Made by a program: the position numbers and the translations under genes. This document shows positions 18,230 through 27,230 of a stretch of 59,835 bases of DNA, one piece after another. The notes beneath the pieces were generated by a model, which searched no databases, was not told where the DNA came from, and saw nothing but the letters and a program-made list of their open reading frames with translations. The stretch is from positions 1-59,835 of the forward strand of contig SSEF01000030.1 in NCBI GenBank assembly GCA_008012175.1. Direction: 5' to 3'. The stretch is from Candidatus Moraniibacteriota bacterium (lineage in GTDB: Bacteria > Patescibacteriota > Minisyncoccia > Moranbacterales > UBA1568). The stretch's first letter is position 1; each line of letters opens with the position of its first letter.

Positions 18230-19561
18230 ATGAACAAGCAAAATCTTACAATCGTCGAAGTTCCGATTCGTGAACTTCGGGCCTCAGAATATAACCCGAG
18301 GAAACATTCAGCGGAGCAAAGCGATCAACTCAAGGAATCCATCAAACGGTTCGGCATGGTTGATCCAGTGATCTGTAACGGTGCTCCGGAACGGAAAAAT
18401 ATCATCATCGGAGGTCACTTCAGAACTGAGATAGCCAAAGAGATGGGCCTGACGACAGTTCCTGTAGTCTATGTCCACATCACCGACCTTGCCAAAGAAA
18501 AAGAACTCAATCTTCGCCTTAATAAGAACACGGGAGAATTCGATCTCGACCTCTTGGCCAAATTCGATGAAGCCTTCCTCTCTGATATTGGCTTCGACAG
18601 TGAGGACTTGGATGATATTTTTCCGACCGAGGAAAATGTGGAGCAGTTCGATCTCAAGAAAGAGCTCGAAAAGTTAGATATAGCCGAAGTGAGCGTAGCG
18701 AAAGGTGATATCTACGACTTAGACGGGTCTCGTCTCATGTGCGGTGATTCCACCGTTGCATCCGAGGTCTTACAACTCATGGATGGAGAGAAGGCTGACA
18801 TGTGCCTCACTGACCCACCGTATATCCTCGATTACCTCAAAGGGAAAACGAAGCAGAAGGCAGACGATGTCACCACGGGTTTCGGTGCCAAGAAAAATAG
18901 GCGCTATCTGGAGACCGATGTCTTGCCGGACAACTTCACCGAACTCTGGATGGGCAATATCAGCAAAGTAGCCGATGAAAACTTCGCGATCCTCGTCTAT
19001 GAGAACTGGAAGAACATCCGAACGATTTGGAACGAGATGGAGAAGTGCTGGAAAGTGAAGAACATGATCGTTTGGCATCTCCCGAACCGAGTACAGGGAT
19101 TTTCCGCCAAGTACAAGTTCTTCAACAAGCACGACATCGCCATGGTGGGATCGAGCAAATCATTTGAACTCCAAAACGAGGATGAGGGAGATCTGTTGGA
19201 GAACGAATACGAAACCGCTCTCTATGCCATCAGCGGGAAACCGCACTGGGAATCCTATGAGAAAGGAAAGAAGATCTGCCCGACCGACTTCATCGAGCAT
19301 GTCGCGGCCGATGAGAAGTCTTCCGGACAGGGAGTCATCTTCGGTACCAAGCCCATAGAGATCCTCATTCCCTACATCAAAGTCCTGACCCAACGGAACG
19401 ATCTCATTGTTGAGCCGTTTGGTGGGAGTGGTTCAACCTTGATAGCGGCGACCAAGATGAACCGTCGTTGCTATCTCATGGAGAAGGTACCGGCCTATGC
19501 CGAAATCATTCTCAAGCGGTGGGAAAAAGAGACAGGCAAGAAACGGAAGAAAGTAAAGTAG
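18230..19561 (+). CDS. ParB-like nuclease domain fused to an N4/N6 DNA methyltransferase
   Basis: Start chosen at ATG 18230 (MNKQNL...). ParB-N motifs (YNPRKHS, GGHFRTEIAKEMG). Methylase motif IV DPPY (CLTDPPYILDY) and motif I EPFGGSGSTLIAA. Confidence 0.85.
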   Translation: MNKQNLTIVEVPIRELRASEYNPRKHSAEQSDQLKESIKRFGMVDPVICNGAPERKNIIIGGHFRTEIAKEMGLTTVPVVYVHITDLAKEKELNLRLNKNTGEFDLDLLAKFDEAFLSDIGFDSEDLDDIFPTEENVEQFDLKKELEKLDIAEVSVAKGDIYDLDGSRLMCGDSTVASEVLQLMDGEKADMCLTDPPYILDYLKGKTKQKADDVTTGFGAKKNRRYLETDVLPDNFTELWMGNISKVADENFAILVYENWKNIRTIWNEMEKCWKVKNMIVWHLPNRVQGFSAKYKFFNKHDIAMVGSSKSFELQNEDEGDLLENEYETALYAISGKPHWESYEKGKKICPTDFIEHVAADEKSSGQGVIFGTKPIEILIPYIKVLTQRNDLIVEPFGGSGSTLIAATKMNRRCYLMEKVPAYAEIILKRWEKETGKKRKKVK

Positions 19562-19562
19562 T

Positions 19563-20030
19563 ATGATCGACGACAAGACCAAGCAGAAACTGCTCAAGGA
19601 GCTCGAAAAAACGGGTAATATCTATTTGGCTTGTCTCAAGGTGGGCATTGATCGGTCTACCCATTACCGATGGCTTGACTCGGACAAGACGTTCAAGAAA
19701 CAAGCGGGTCAGGCCATTCGGCGGGGTAAAGAGAATAGCTGTGACATAGCGAAGCACGCGCTTATGCTCAAAGTGAAGGATAAGGACATGCGGGCGATAG
19801 AATACTTACTCAGCCACAATGATCCGGCGTACAAACGGAAGCAAACGAGTAATGTAGTGATTGTTCACAAGAAAGTAAATCCTTTACCTTTTCCGGTACG
19901 GAAAACACTGGAGGAAGAGTTTGATGAGTACGAGTTTGTGGATGACTGCAATGATTATAGTCTTGATGGAAAGAGGCTATCACAAGGCTCAGTTACACCA
20001 AAGGACAAGGAAAAACCTGATAACAGCTAA
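19563..20030 (+). CDS. HTH protein resembling a phage terminase small subunit / transcriptional regulator
   Basis: 155 aa. GNIYLACLKVGIDRSTHYRWLDSDKTFKK is the HTH pattern common in small terminase-like proteins. Starts 2 nt after the methylase stop. Confidence 0.45.
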   Translation: MIDDKTKQKLLKELEKTGNIYLACLKVGIDRSTHYRWLDSDKTFKKQAGQAIRRGKENSCDIAKHALMLKVKDKDMRAIEYLLSHNDPAYKRKQTSNVVIVHKKVNPLPFPVRKTLEEEFDEYEFVDDCNDYSLDGKRLSQGSVTPKDKEKPDNS

Positions 20031-20039
20031 GAGTACTTC

Positions 20040-20606
20040 TCAGCGTAGATTTAGAGAATGTTTTCGTAGCGCCTCTTTTATTTCCTGATGACGAGGAAAA
20101 GTTATTGCGACGAGATTCCAAAACTTCCTCGAATGATTAAATTCCTTGAGATGGCAAAGTTCATGGACCACAATGTAGTCCTGCACTTTCTCCGGGAGAA
20201 AGAGGAGTTTGTAATTGAAGTTAAGATTCCCTTTCCTTGAGCAGCTCCCCCAGCGAGTCTTCTGGTTCTTTATGTTTATTTTGTTGTAGCGGAAGTTATA
20301 GAACTCACTGAAGTACTTAACCTTTTGTTCTACAACTCGAAACGCGTCCTCCTTGTACTTCAAGTAATCATCGTGACTGTACCTGGATACCAAGCGGCCC
20401 TGAAATTGCTTAAAGAAACTGATTTTTGAGAGAAGCCAATCCGATTTCTCTTTTATGAACTTTTCTATCATCGTTTCCCGAAGATCATGGGGCATTGTCA
20501 CCACAATGGTCCCGTCACAGTAGACGGCCAATCGAAGCCTCCGTGCCCGTCGACTTTTTCGGAGGGTGTAGGATATCGTTTTGTTTTTGAGTTTTATTTT
20601 CTGCAT
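20040..20606 (-). CDS. DUF45/YgjP-like (M48 family) zinc metallopeptidase
   Basis: 188 aa. WGSC...HELCHLKEFNHSRKFW (HExxH). This family is commonly encoded next to hsdR. Last gene of the hsd operon. Confidence 0.8.
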   Translation of the reverse strand: MQKIKLKNKTISYTLRKSRRARRLRLAVYCDGTIVVTMPHDLRETMIEKFIKEKSDWLLSKISFFKQFQGRLVSRYSHDDYLKYKEDAFRVVEQKVKYFSEFYNFRYNKINIKNQKTRWGSCSRKGNLNFNYKLLFLPEKVQDYIVVHELCHLKEFNHSRKFWNLVAITFPRHQEIKEALRKHSLNLR

Positions 20607-20609
20607 AAA

Positions 20610-23516
20610 CTAGAACTTCTTGACCACGATGTCGACCAAACGATTGAGGTATTTGTGAAAATCATCTACCGTCACTCGCCCACGGTATTCTTTCAGTACA
20701 AGTTCCTGAATGATCCGTTTCGTTTCTTTGAGAAACTCTTCTCGTTTTGAAGATTCCTGCCAACCTCCGTCCAATATGTCTTCAAGTCTCTTGGTCATGT
20801 CTTGAATAAACTCTCGAAGAGCATTTGCATCACCTTTGAGGAATTCTTCAGAGGCTACAAAAAGCCCGTACTCCTTGAGGGAGAAGCCGAGCTCCTTCGC
20901 TTCGTCAGCCTTTTTCTTGATATCGGTCAGAAGCTCTTGGTAACGTTTGATACGCTCAGCGAGGTCAATCTGGTGTTGTTCAAATTCCTTGCGAATAGCC
21001 GCCAGTCGCTCACTGAATTTCTTGTATGCCGGGTTGGTATCGACATTGATTGAGATCTCTTGTTTGAGCATCTTTTCCAAATTGAGCGCCTTTTCCTCAT
21101 CATCCATCTTGTTCAGGCGTTCCATAGTGTAGAGATCGTTGATATTGAGTTCGCGGAAGTTCTTGGTAATACCCTCATAGTCAACCTGGTCTTGAATGAG
21201 TCGTTTTACCTTTTCCCCGTATTCAGCCAGAAGCTCGGCATCAGACGATTTCGTTCCATACTCCTTATCAAACGCAAGGTACACCGAAGTCAGCCATTCA
21301 AATCGACGCACGTACTCTTTGAGAAAAGGATCCGGCGAAAGCACTTCGAAGAGGAGTTTAAGGCGGGCATATTTCTCACGGAAGTATTTCTGCTTTTCGA
21401 AATTCTCAGCAAAAATCTTCAGCACCCGTCGCAGATTATCAATGGAGGGATCCTCGATATTGATACCCACGAAAAGACCCATAATATCTTCGAGCACGGC
21501 AGTAAATTCTTCCTTGAGCTTATCGATATTGATCATGGCTGAATCAACTACGCTCTCATCAAAATCAAGCGCTTTATACAGACTCCGGGTGATACCGTAG
21601 TAATCAATAACCTTGCCAGCGCCTTTGTTTGGATAGACTCGGTTGGTACGCGCGATGGCTTGGAGCAAGTTATGATCCCAGAGCGGCTTATCGAGATACA
21701 TTACTTGTTCCACCGGAGCATCAAAACCCGTAAGGAGCATATCGCAGACCAAGAGAAACCGGAGAGGATTTTCGGGATCTTTGAACTCAGCGATTATCTT
21801 CTCGCGTTTCGCCTTTGTTGTGTTGTATTTTCTTAGATCCTCTATGTCGGTATTGGGATCTCCTGGGGAATAGACCACTTCGGACCAGTCCTTGGGGATG
21901 AGCTGATCCAGTAGTTTCTTGTACTTGGCCGTGGCTTCGCGGTCATAACAGACAATCTGCGCCTTGAAACCGGATGGCTCGACGTAGAGACGATAGTGCT
22001 CCACGATATCGCGGGCGACGGCCTCCATTCGCCGGTCCAGCTTCACGATCGCTTCTTTTTTCCCGTACTTTTTGGCTATAGCATCCTTGTCCTTATCAGA
22101 AAGATCGGTGGTCATTGTCTCAAACTGCTCATCGAGCTTTTCTTCATCAATAAAGAACTTGGAGAGACGAGCCTCATAAGTAACTGGTAGTGTTGCTCCA
22201 TCATCGATTGCTTGTTGGATTGAATAATAATCAAGATAGCGTTCACCATCTTCGCCAAAGTTCCTGTGGGTATTCAAAGTCTTCCTGTCTATCGGCGTTC
22301 CGGTAAAACCAAAGAAGAACGCATTTTTCATGGCGCTTCGCAGGTTGATGGCTGAAACGCCTTCATTGTCACGGTGAGCCTCGTCAGAAAGCACGATGAC
22401 ATTTTCATCCAGATTTTGTATGGCATTTCCAAGTTCGGAAAACTTCTGGATAGTGGAGACAAATATTCCTCGTTCGGGCGATTGGATCTTTTTCTCCAGA
22501 TCAGTCCGGGATTCAACACGGATAACGTTCTTACCACCACAATTTACAAATGTTTCGTAGATCTGATCATCCAAATCGATACGGTCAACCAACACAAACA
22601 CCTTCGGATTTTTAAGTGTCTTGTTATAGCGTAGTTTCCAGGCCGTAAAGAACATGGTGAGCGACTTACCAGAACCTTGGGTGTGCCAGATGAGTCCTCG
22701 CTTTTTCTTACCGTCGAGTACTCGCTCCACAATCTTATTCGTCGCTCGGAGTTGCTGGTATCGGGCAATTTTTTTCACTTTCTGCTCCTTTTCTTTTTCA
22801 AAGATGATGAAGTTCTGAATGATGTCCAGAAGCTTCTCCTTCGAAAGTAAGGCTGTCAGTGTTCGCTCGAGTTCCTCATCAGTATCCTTTTCTTTTCCTT
22901 CGTCTTTCCATTGCAGAAAGTACTGTGCCGGAGCATAGGTGGCCCCATAGACGGTTTTGAGTCCGTCAGTGGCGATGTTGAAGCAATTTGGCCAGAATAA
23001 CTTGAAAGCGTTGCGCTCATAGCGTTTCAATTGACCGACTGCATTGGCATAGCTCACATTGGTAGCAGCAGTTGGGCTTTTTGCCTCGATATCAACGATC
23101 GGCAACCCGTTCAAAAACACCATAATATCGGGGCGGATATTCTCGGTGTTCCCTTCGAAATAGAATTGGTTGGTAACGATAAATTGATTGTTTGCGACAT
23201 CTTCAAAATCAACCAGTTTGTAGTCTCGCATTTTCTGAGTTTCTTGATCCTTGATGTTGATCCCATTTTTCAGCACATTCAAGAAATCCTCATTGCTATC
23301 ATGCTTCTTTACTTCACGGACAACAGAAAGTGCCTCATCGTCATCAATCTTGTTCACTCGTTTGACTGCCTCCAACAAAAGAGAGGTGATGAGATATTCA
23401 TTTTCGAATTCACGAAGCTTGCTGAACTCTTGTGGAGAGACATATTCAAAACCAAGCGTCTCTTTCAGAAACTTGATGATGTAGTTTTCTACAGTGTGTT
23501 GTTCGTTGAATTTCAT
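20610..23516 (-). CDS. hsdR: Type I restriction endonuclease subunit R
   Basis: 968 aa. N-terminal nuclease region, helicase motif I HTQGSGKSLTM, DEAH box (VLSDEAHR), and the LLVCDMLLTGFDAP and QAIARTNR motifs. Confidence 0.93.
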   Translation of the reverse strand: MKFNEQHTVENYIIKFLKETLGFEYVSPQEFSKLREFENEYLITSLLLEAVKRVNKIDDDEALSVVREVKKHDSNEDFLNVLKNGINIKDQETQKMRDYKLVDFEDVANNQFIVTNQFYFEGNTENIRPDIMVFLNGLPIVDIEAKSPTAATNVSYANAVGQLKRYERNAFKLFWPNCFNIATDGLKTVYGATYAPAQYFLQWKDEGKEKDTDEELERTLTALLSKEKLLDIIQNFIIFEKEKEQKVKKIARYQQLRATNKIVERVLDGKKKRGLIWHTQGSGKSLTMFFTAWKLRYNKTLKNPKVFVLVDRIDLDDQIYETFVNCGGKNVIRVESRTDLEKKIQSPERGIFVSTIQKFSELGNAIQNLDENVIVLSDEAHRDNEGVSAINLRSAMKNAFFFGFTGTPIDRKTLNTHRNFGEDGERYLDYYSIQQAIDDGATLPVTYEARLSKFFIDEEKLDEQFETMTTDLSDKDKDAIAKKYGKKEAIVKLDRRMEAVARDIVEHYRLYVEPSGFKAQIVCYDREATAKYKKLLDQLIPKDWSEVVYSPGDPNTDIEDLRKYNTTKAKREKIIAEFKDPENPLRFLLVCDMLLTGFDAPVEQVMYLDKPLWDHNLLQAIARTNRVYPNKGAGKVIDYYGITRSLYKALDFDESVVDSAMINIDKLKEEFTAVLEDIMGLFVGINIEDPSIDNLRRVLKIFAENFEKQKYFREKYARLKLLFEVLSPDPFLKEYVRRFEWLTSVYLAFDKEYGTKSSDAELLAEYGEKVKRLIQDQVDYEGITKNFRELNINDLYTMERLNKMDDEEKALNLEKMLKQEISINVDTNPAYKKFSERLAAIRKEFEQHQIDLAERIKRYQELLTDIKKKADEAKELGFSLKEYGLFVASEEFLKGDANALREFIQDMTKRLEDILDGGWQESSKREEFLKETKRIIQELVLKEYRGRVTVDDFHKYLNRLVDIVVKKF

Positions 23517-24514
23517 ACCTTAAACTTATCTTTTAGAAATTGATAGGCAGCATCTGAATACTTTTGGACATAGTGTTGTCGACTCACCTGGACAGCCTGG
23601 TGATATTTGTCGTTACCCTTCATGTTCAGTTCCGTTATCTTATTTAGGACCACATGTCTACCTATACCTAACTTTTCAGCAAGCGTAGTAAGTATGTATG
23701 GATAGTCCTTGTTGATATCGGTTTTTTTAACAAAAACTGGAAGTGCTTCACGTTGAGTTGATCCTCCTTTTGCGATGTCAACATTAATTGTGTGGTTCTT
23801 TGGCGCTTGCACGAACACTACTTTTAATAACTCGGCTCTTGAGAGAAAAGATCCCAAAGCACCACGATTAATGAGTCGGCGGTTGCTGGATTGTTTAAAT
23901 TGTTTTTCAAAATCATCCTGTGCAATATATTGAGTACCTGAATATGCAACACCACGCTCTAACAGATATAGAAGCCTCCTTTGTTTTTCTGACTTTTTCC
24001 CTACCTTTAACAATCCTTCAATGCTGTCTGCATATGTTAGATTACTATCCGTTGAAATTGATAAAAGGCTAGCTTTGAATAAGTCATCATGCCCTCGAAA
24101 CTGTGTAATGAATAGTTTTTTATAAGTTTGATAAGAAGAAAACATGAGATAGTGAAGCACATCTGTATGAATTTCAGGTAATACATCGTGCGAGGCCTCG
24201 TTACGAAGAGATATGAGTTGCTGTATTGCCTGTTGTTCGATATCACCTATTTTTTTGTGATCATTGTAGATCTTCCAAACAGACTGTTCAGCACTAATAG
24301 TTTTACTCCGATCTCTAGGATCAGTGACACTACTACCTAGTTTCAAGAGCACTGCTTTGCTGAGTAGCTCAATCGCATTACTCATCAAAATCAAAGCTGA
24401 TTCACTGCGATATGAGTTACTGATATTGTTAAAATTATTTATAGCATCAATGAAAGCTCGTTTAGAGCTATTCACAAGTAGTGTTCTTTTGTAAATACCT
24501 CGAGCCATAATCAA
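23513..24514 (-). CDS. HEPN-like (RNxxxH motif) protein with a possible C-terminal HTH, embedded between hsdS and hsdR
   Basis: 333 aa. LILMSNAIELLSKAVLLKLG helix followed by SLRNEASHD (Rx4H). C-terminal ILTTLAEKLGIGRHVVLNKITEL is HTH-like. No P-loop. 4-nt overlaps with both hsdS and hsdR. Confidence 0.5.
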   Translation of the reverse strand: MIMARGIYKRTLLVNSSKRAFIDAINNFNNISNSYRSESALILMSNAIELLSKAVLLKLGSSVTDPRDRSKTISAEQSVWKIYNDHKKIGDIEQQAIQQLISLRNEASHDVLPEIHTDVLHYLMFSSYQTYKKLFITQFRGHDDLFKASLLSISTDSNLTYADSIEGLLKVGKKSEKQRRLLYLLERGVAYSGTQYIAQDDFEKQFKQSSNRRLINRGALGSFLSRAELLKVVFVQAPKNHTINVDIAKGGSTQREALPVFVKKTDINKDYPYILTTLAEKLGIGRHVVLNKITELNMKGNDKYHQAVQVSRQHYVQKYSDAAYQFLKDKFKV

Positions 24515-25569
24515 ATCGTTCTTACTTTCCCACTCAACAAATCTTTCATCAAACCTTTTTTAAGAAAATCCAGTTTCACTTTCAACTTTTTATTAACTAA
24601 GATTTTTTCGTCAACTGACTGAAGTATGCTCGCGATTTTCCGTTGGCTACTCTTGTCACTTGGAAAGGCTACTATCTTACTGTGAACATCATTTCTATTG
24701 AGAGTTGGTACTCCAGTGCCAGAATAAAAACGCTCGAGCTTAAAGTTCTGAAGGAAGTAGTAAACAAACATTGGATCATTATTGTAGAATTCTTTCACAT
24801 ACAACGTTGTATTTAGAGGCCAGAAATCTCGTTCAACATAAAATACCTTTCCAATTGTACCGCTCCTTCCAGTTATAACACCTGGACCTTTTACCTTAGC
24901 TTCCTTGTGGGTATCGGTAATGCCATTAGAACTAACAAGTGGGAATACGCCCCGTTCTCGTTTATGTGTTGGTAGGTCAAAACCTCTCTGTAAAACCATG
25001 AGGTTATCAAATCGACCGATATGCCACCCCTTCTTTTTCTTAAAAAACTTTTGTAATAATCCTCTTTTGAGCTTTTCGGTGGTAGCAATAATCTCATCAG
25101 TTTTCTGAATCTCTTCATCTACTGACCCTAAAATCTCAGCGACCTTCTCTTGTTCAGGAAGTGGCGGGATTTCAATCTGAAGCCTGTAGACTTCTTCCCG
25201 ATTTAGTCCAGGTGTGCCCGAGGCGGTATTCATCTTGTCGAGAGCGAGAGTCTGAAGTTTGTAAAACAGCCAGCGAAGATCTAGGGATGGATCACTTTCA
25301 ACATAGTATGTTGTATCTATTGGCCAGAAGTCTTCATCCGACCAGGTTATAGCACCTATCGTTCCTTTACGCCCAACAATGATTCCGGGACCTTTCACTA
25401 GGGATTCAGTATGTAGACCAACACGGCCATTTGAGCCAAAAACAGGAACATGCCCAGAAACTCTTTTTGATTCGGGTAAACTTGCGCCATATTGTAACTG
25501 TATACGGGAGTCAAACCGTCCGCTTTGCCACCCGTTTACAGTCCTATTGTTAGCAGCTTTTTTCTTCAT
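24511..25569 (-). CDS. hsdS: Type I R-M specificity subunit S
   Basis: 352 aa. Two target-recognition regions separated by conserved helices (LPEQEKVAEILGSVDEEIQ...LKRGLLQKFF and QRKIASILQSVDEKI...LKKGLMKDLLSGKV). Confidence 0.88.
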   Translation of the reverse strand: MKKKAANNRTVNGWQSGRFDSRIQLQYGASLPESKRVSGHVPVFGSNGRVGLHTESLVKGPGIIVGRKGTIGAITWSDEDFWPIDTTYYVESDPSLDLRWLFYKLQTLALDKMNTASGTPGLNREEVYRLQIEIPPLPEQEKVAEILGSVDEEIQKTDEIIATTEKLKRGLLQKFFKKKKGWHIGRFDNLMVLQRGFDLPTHKRERGVFPLVSSNGITDTHKEAKVKGPGVITGRSGTIGKVFYVERDFWPLNTTLYVKEFYNNDPMFVYYFLQNFKLERFYSGTGVPTLNRNDVHSKIVAFPSDKSSQRKIASILQSVDEKILVNKKLKVKLDFLKKGLMKDLLSGKVRTI

Positions 25570-26155
25570 ATTGAATCAAATACTTCTCCACAACCTGCTT
25601 ATTAAAAGCACAGAGTAACATCCGCAGTTTTGCCAATACTTCGAAAAACTTCATTCGCGCTAACGGTTCTATGATCGGACTCATTTTGATAACAGACATA
25701 CCTTTCTGGTCTATTTCCTGATGGAAGTGCTCCTCATTGAGGATAGTATTAAAAACCATTCTCACAGACAGGTTTTTTTGACCAACTTCGATACAAATCG
25801 GATCTTGATCAAGAATCTTTTGGTATGCTTCCAGCCATTCGGATACCCTCTGTGAATCAAAATTCTTTTCGATAAAAAACTGACAGATGTTTTCGAAGTT
25901 AAACTTATTCTTATCTTTCAGGATAAACATCCGCACATCCATCAAAAATGATTTTACCAAATCTTCGTTCGGAAACTCAGACGTGACTTTACCCGAAGCG
26001 CCAGCCTTCACTGAAATAGTAACTTTCTGATGATTTAATGCTGAGTACTTATCGGCACAAAGCACATGTGCTTTTTCCTTAAAGCGCCCAATATCTCGAA
26101 TGTTTATTTGGCCGGCGATCAATTTAGTCATGCGTTTTAGTGAGATCAAATTCAT
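25550..26155 (-). CDS. Hypothetical protein, third gene of the cassette embedded in the hsd operon
   Basis: 201-aa ORF (alternative ATG at 26131). Overlaps the upstream TIR-like gene and the hsdS start. No recognisable motif and no TM helix. Confidence 0.55.
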   Translation of the reverse strand: MNLISLKRMTKLIAGQINIRDIGRFKEKAHVLCADKYSALNHQKVTISVKAGASGKVTSEFPNEDLVKSFLMDVRMFILKDKNKFNFENICQFFIEKNFDSQRVSEWLEAYQKILDQDPICIEVGQKNLSVRMVFNTILNEEHFHQEIDQKGMSVIKMSPIIEPLARMKFFEVLAKLRMLLCAFNKQVVEKYLIQYEEKSC

Positions 26156-26813
26156 CGAGTCTGTCTTTAAGACCTAAGACATGATCAATATAGAAGTTAT
26201 GATTGCCGATAAAATCATCCCACTTTACGGGGTATATGTACGAATGATCACTTCCGTAGTGATGGTAGTTTCCACACGTAGCACAAAGATTACGCTTGTG
26301 CTCATTCCGATTGAACATGTTGGACGAAATTATATTAAAGAAGTTTTGTGTTTGAACTTCAGTCATGCAACTATAGTTTTTTATTCCGTGATCATAACTA
26401 CTAGTCTCGTCTGGCAGAATGATCGCCAAAACCCCATTTGTATAACTGGTACGATCGTCTCTTGTTTTTTCCCTTAGGGAGTATGCTACTTCTCTGGGAA
26501 TCCATTGGAGCTTTTCGAACCCTGCGCCCTTCATATTCTTGGAAATGAGAACGATCGTAACTGTGCTGTCGTATATCCTGTCGTATAGTTTTTGTTGGAT
26601 TACTTCCTCAGTGAGATGACTGAGATCTTCATCATCCTTCTCTGCTTTGTTGGTGTGATCAGTCAAAACTCTCTGCATCAAATGATCCACATAATCACGC
26701 GCAGTTAAATAATTCCCATTCTCGATACCAGATGCCCAGTGACTCCAATCACAATTTGTATTTTGCCTTACGGTCTTGTCACCATACTTGTAGCTGATGA
26801 ATACCTTTGCCAT
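26124..26813 (-). CDS. TIR-like domain protein (MTH538/DUF1863 type, ThsB-like)
   Basis: 229 aa. KVFISYKYGD at the N-terminus, STVTIVLISKNM, WIPREVAYSL (candidate catalytic Glu), GVLAIILPD. This pattern matches my recollection of the DUF1863 TIR-like family. Confidence 0.6.
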   Translation of the reverse strand: MAKVFISYKYGDKTVRQNTNCDWSHWASGIENGNYLTARDYVDHLMQRVLTDHTNKAEKDDEDLSHLTEEVIQQKLYDRIYDSTVTIVLISKNMKGAGFEKLQWIPREVAYSLREKTRDDRTSYTNGVLAIILPDETSSYDHGIKNYSCMTEVQTQNFFNIISSNMFNRNEHKRNLCATCGNYHHYGSDHSYIYPVKWDDFIGNHNFYIDHVLGLKDRLDEFDLTKTHD

Positions 26814-26816
26814 AGA

Positions 26817-27224
26817 CTATTTCATGTAAAATATCACGTACATGGCAGCAGTCAGGAGTAGTCCGTAAAAATACCGTAGCGTTGGTGAAAACATACAAAA
26901 AATAACTGTATTCTGCGCCTTTCCTTGAAACTCTTTCACATCCATAGAGAAGTCTATCTCTTCCTCACATTGTTTCCGTACCTTGTTGTACAGATCCCGA
27001 AACATCTTTTCTTGAGAAAGAAAGTACCCATCGTAGCACCAAAAAAGAACGGTGAGAATTGCAAGAAAAACAATTGGCAACTTTCCACCATCAACTTGCG
27101 TTAGTAGCACTAGAACACCAGCGATAAGAGTTACAATCCATCCACGAAGATAGAACAAGTTTCCAGCCATTCTTGAGATGACGCCCTGTATAAGTTCAAG
27201 GTGTTTCAGCTTCTTGTCTTCCAT
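26817..27224 (-). CDS. Small membrane protein with 3 TM helices (candidate effector)
   Basis: 135 aa. N-terminal amphipathic LELIQGVISRMAGNLFYLRGW, then hydrophobic helices WIVTLIAGVLVLLTQV, LPIVFLAILTVLFWCY and FYGLLLTAAMYVIFYM. Lies 6 nt after the hsdM stop and 3 nt before the TIR-like start. Confidence 0.6.
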   Translation of the reverse strand: MEDKKLKHLELIQGVISRMAGNLFYLRGWIVTLIAGVLVLLTQVDGGKLPIVFLAILTVLFWCYDGYFLSQEKMFRDLYNKVRKQCEEEIDFSMDVKEFQGKAQNTVIFCMFSPTLRYFYGLLLTAAMYVIFYMK

Positions 27225-27230
27225 AGGTCT

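Noticed and set aside
24511-25569. Phase-variable hsdS shuffling driven by the nearby serine recombinase.
   Set aside because: Only one hsdS gene is present. I found no second (silent) hsdS copy and no inverted repeats within or around it.
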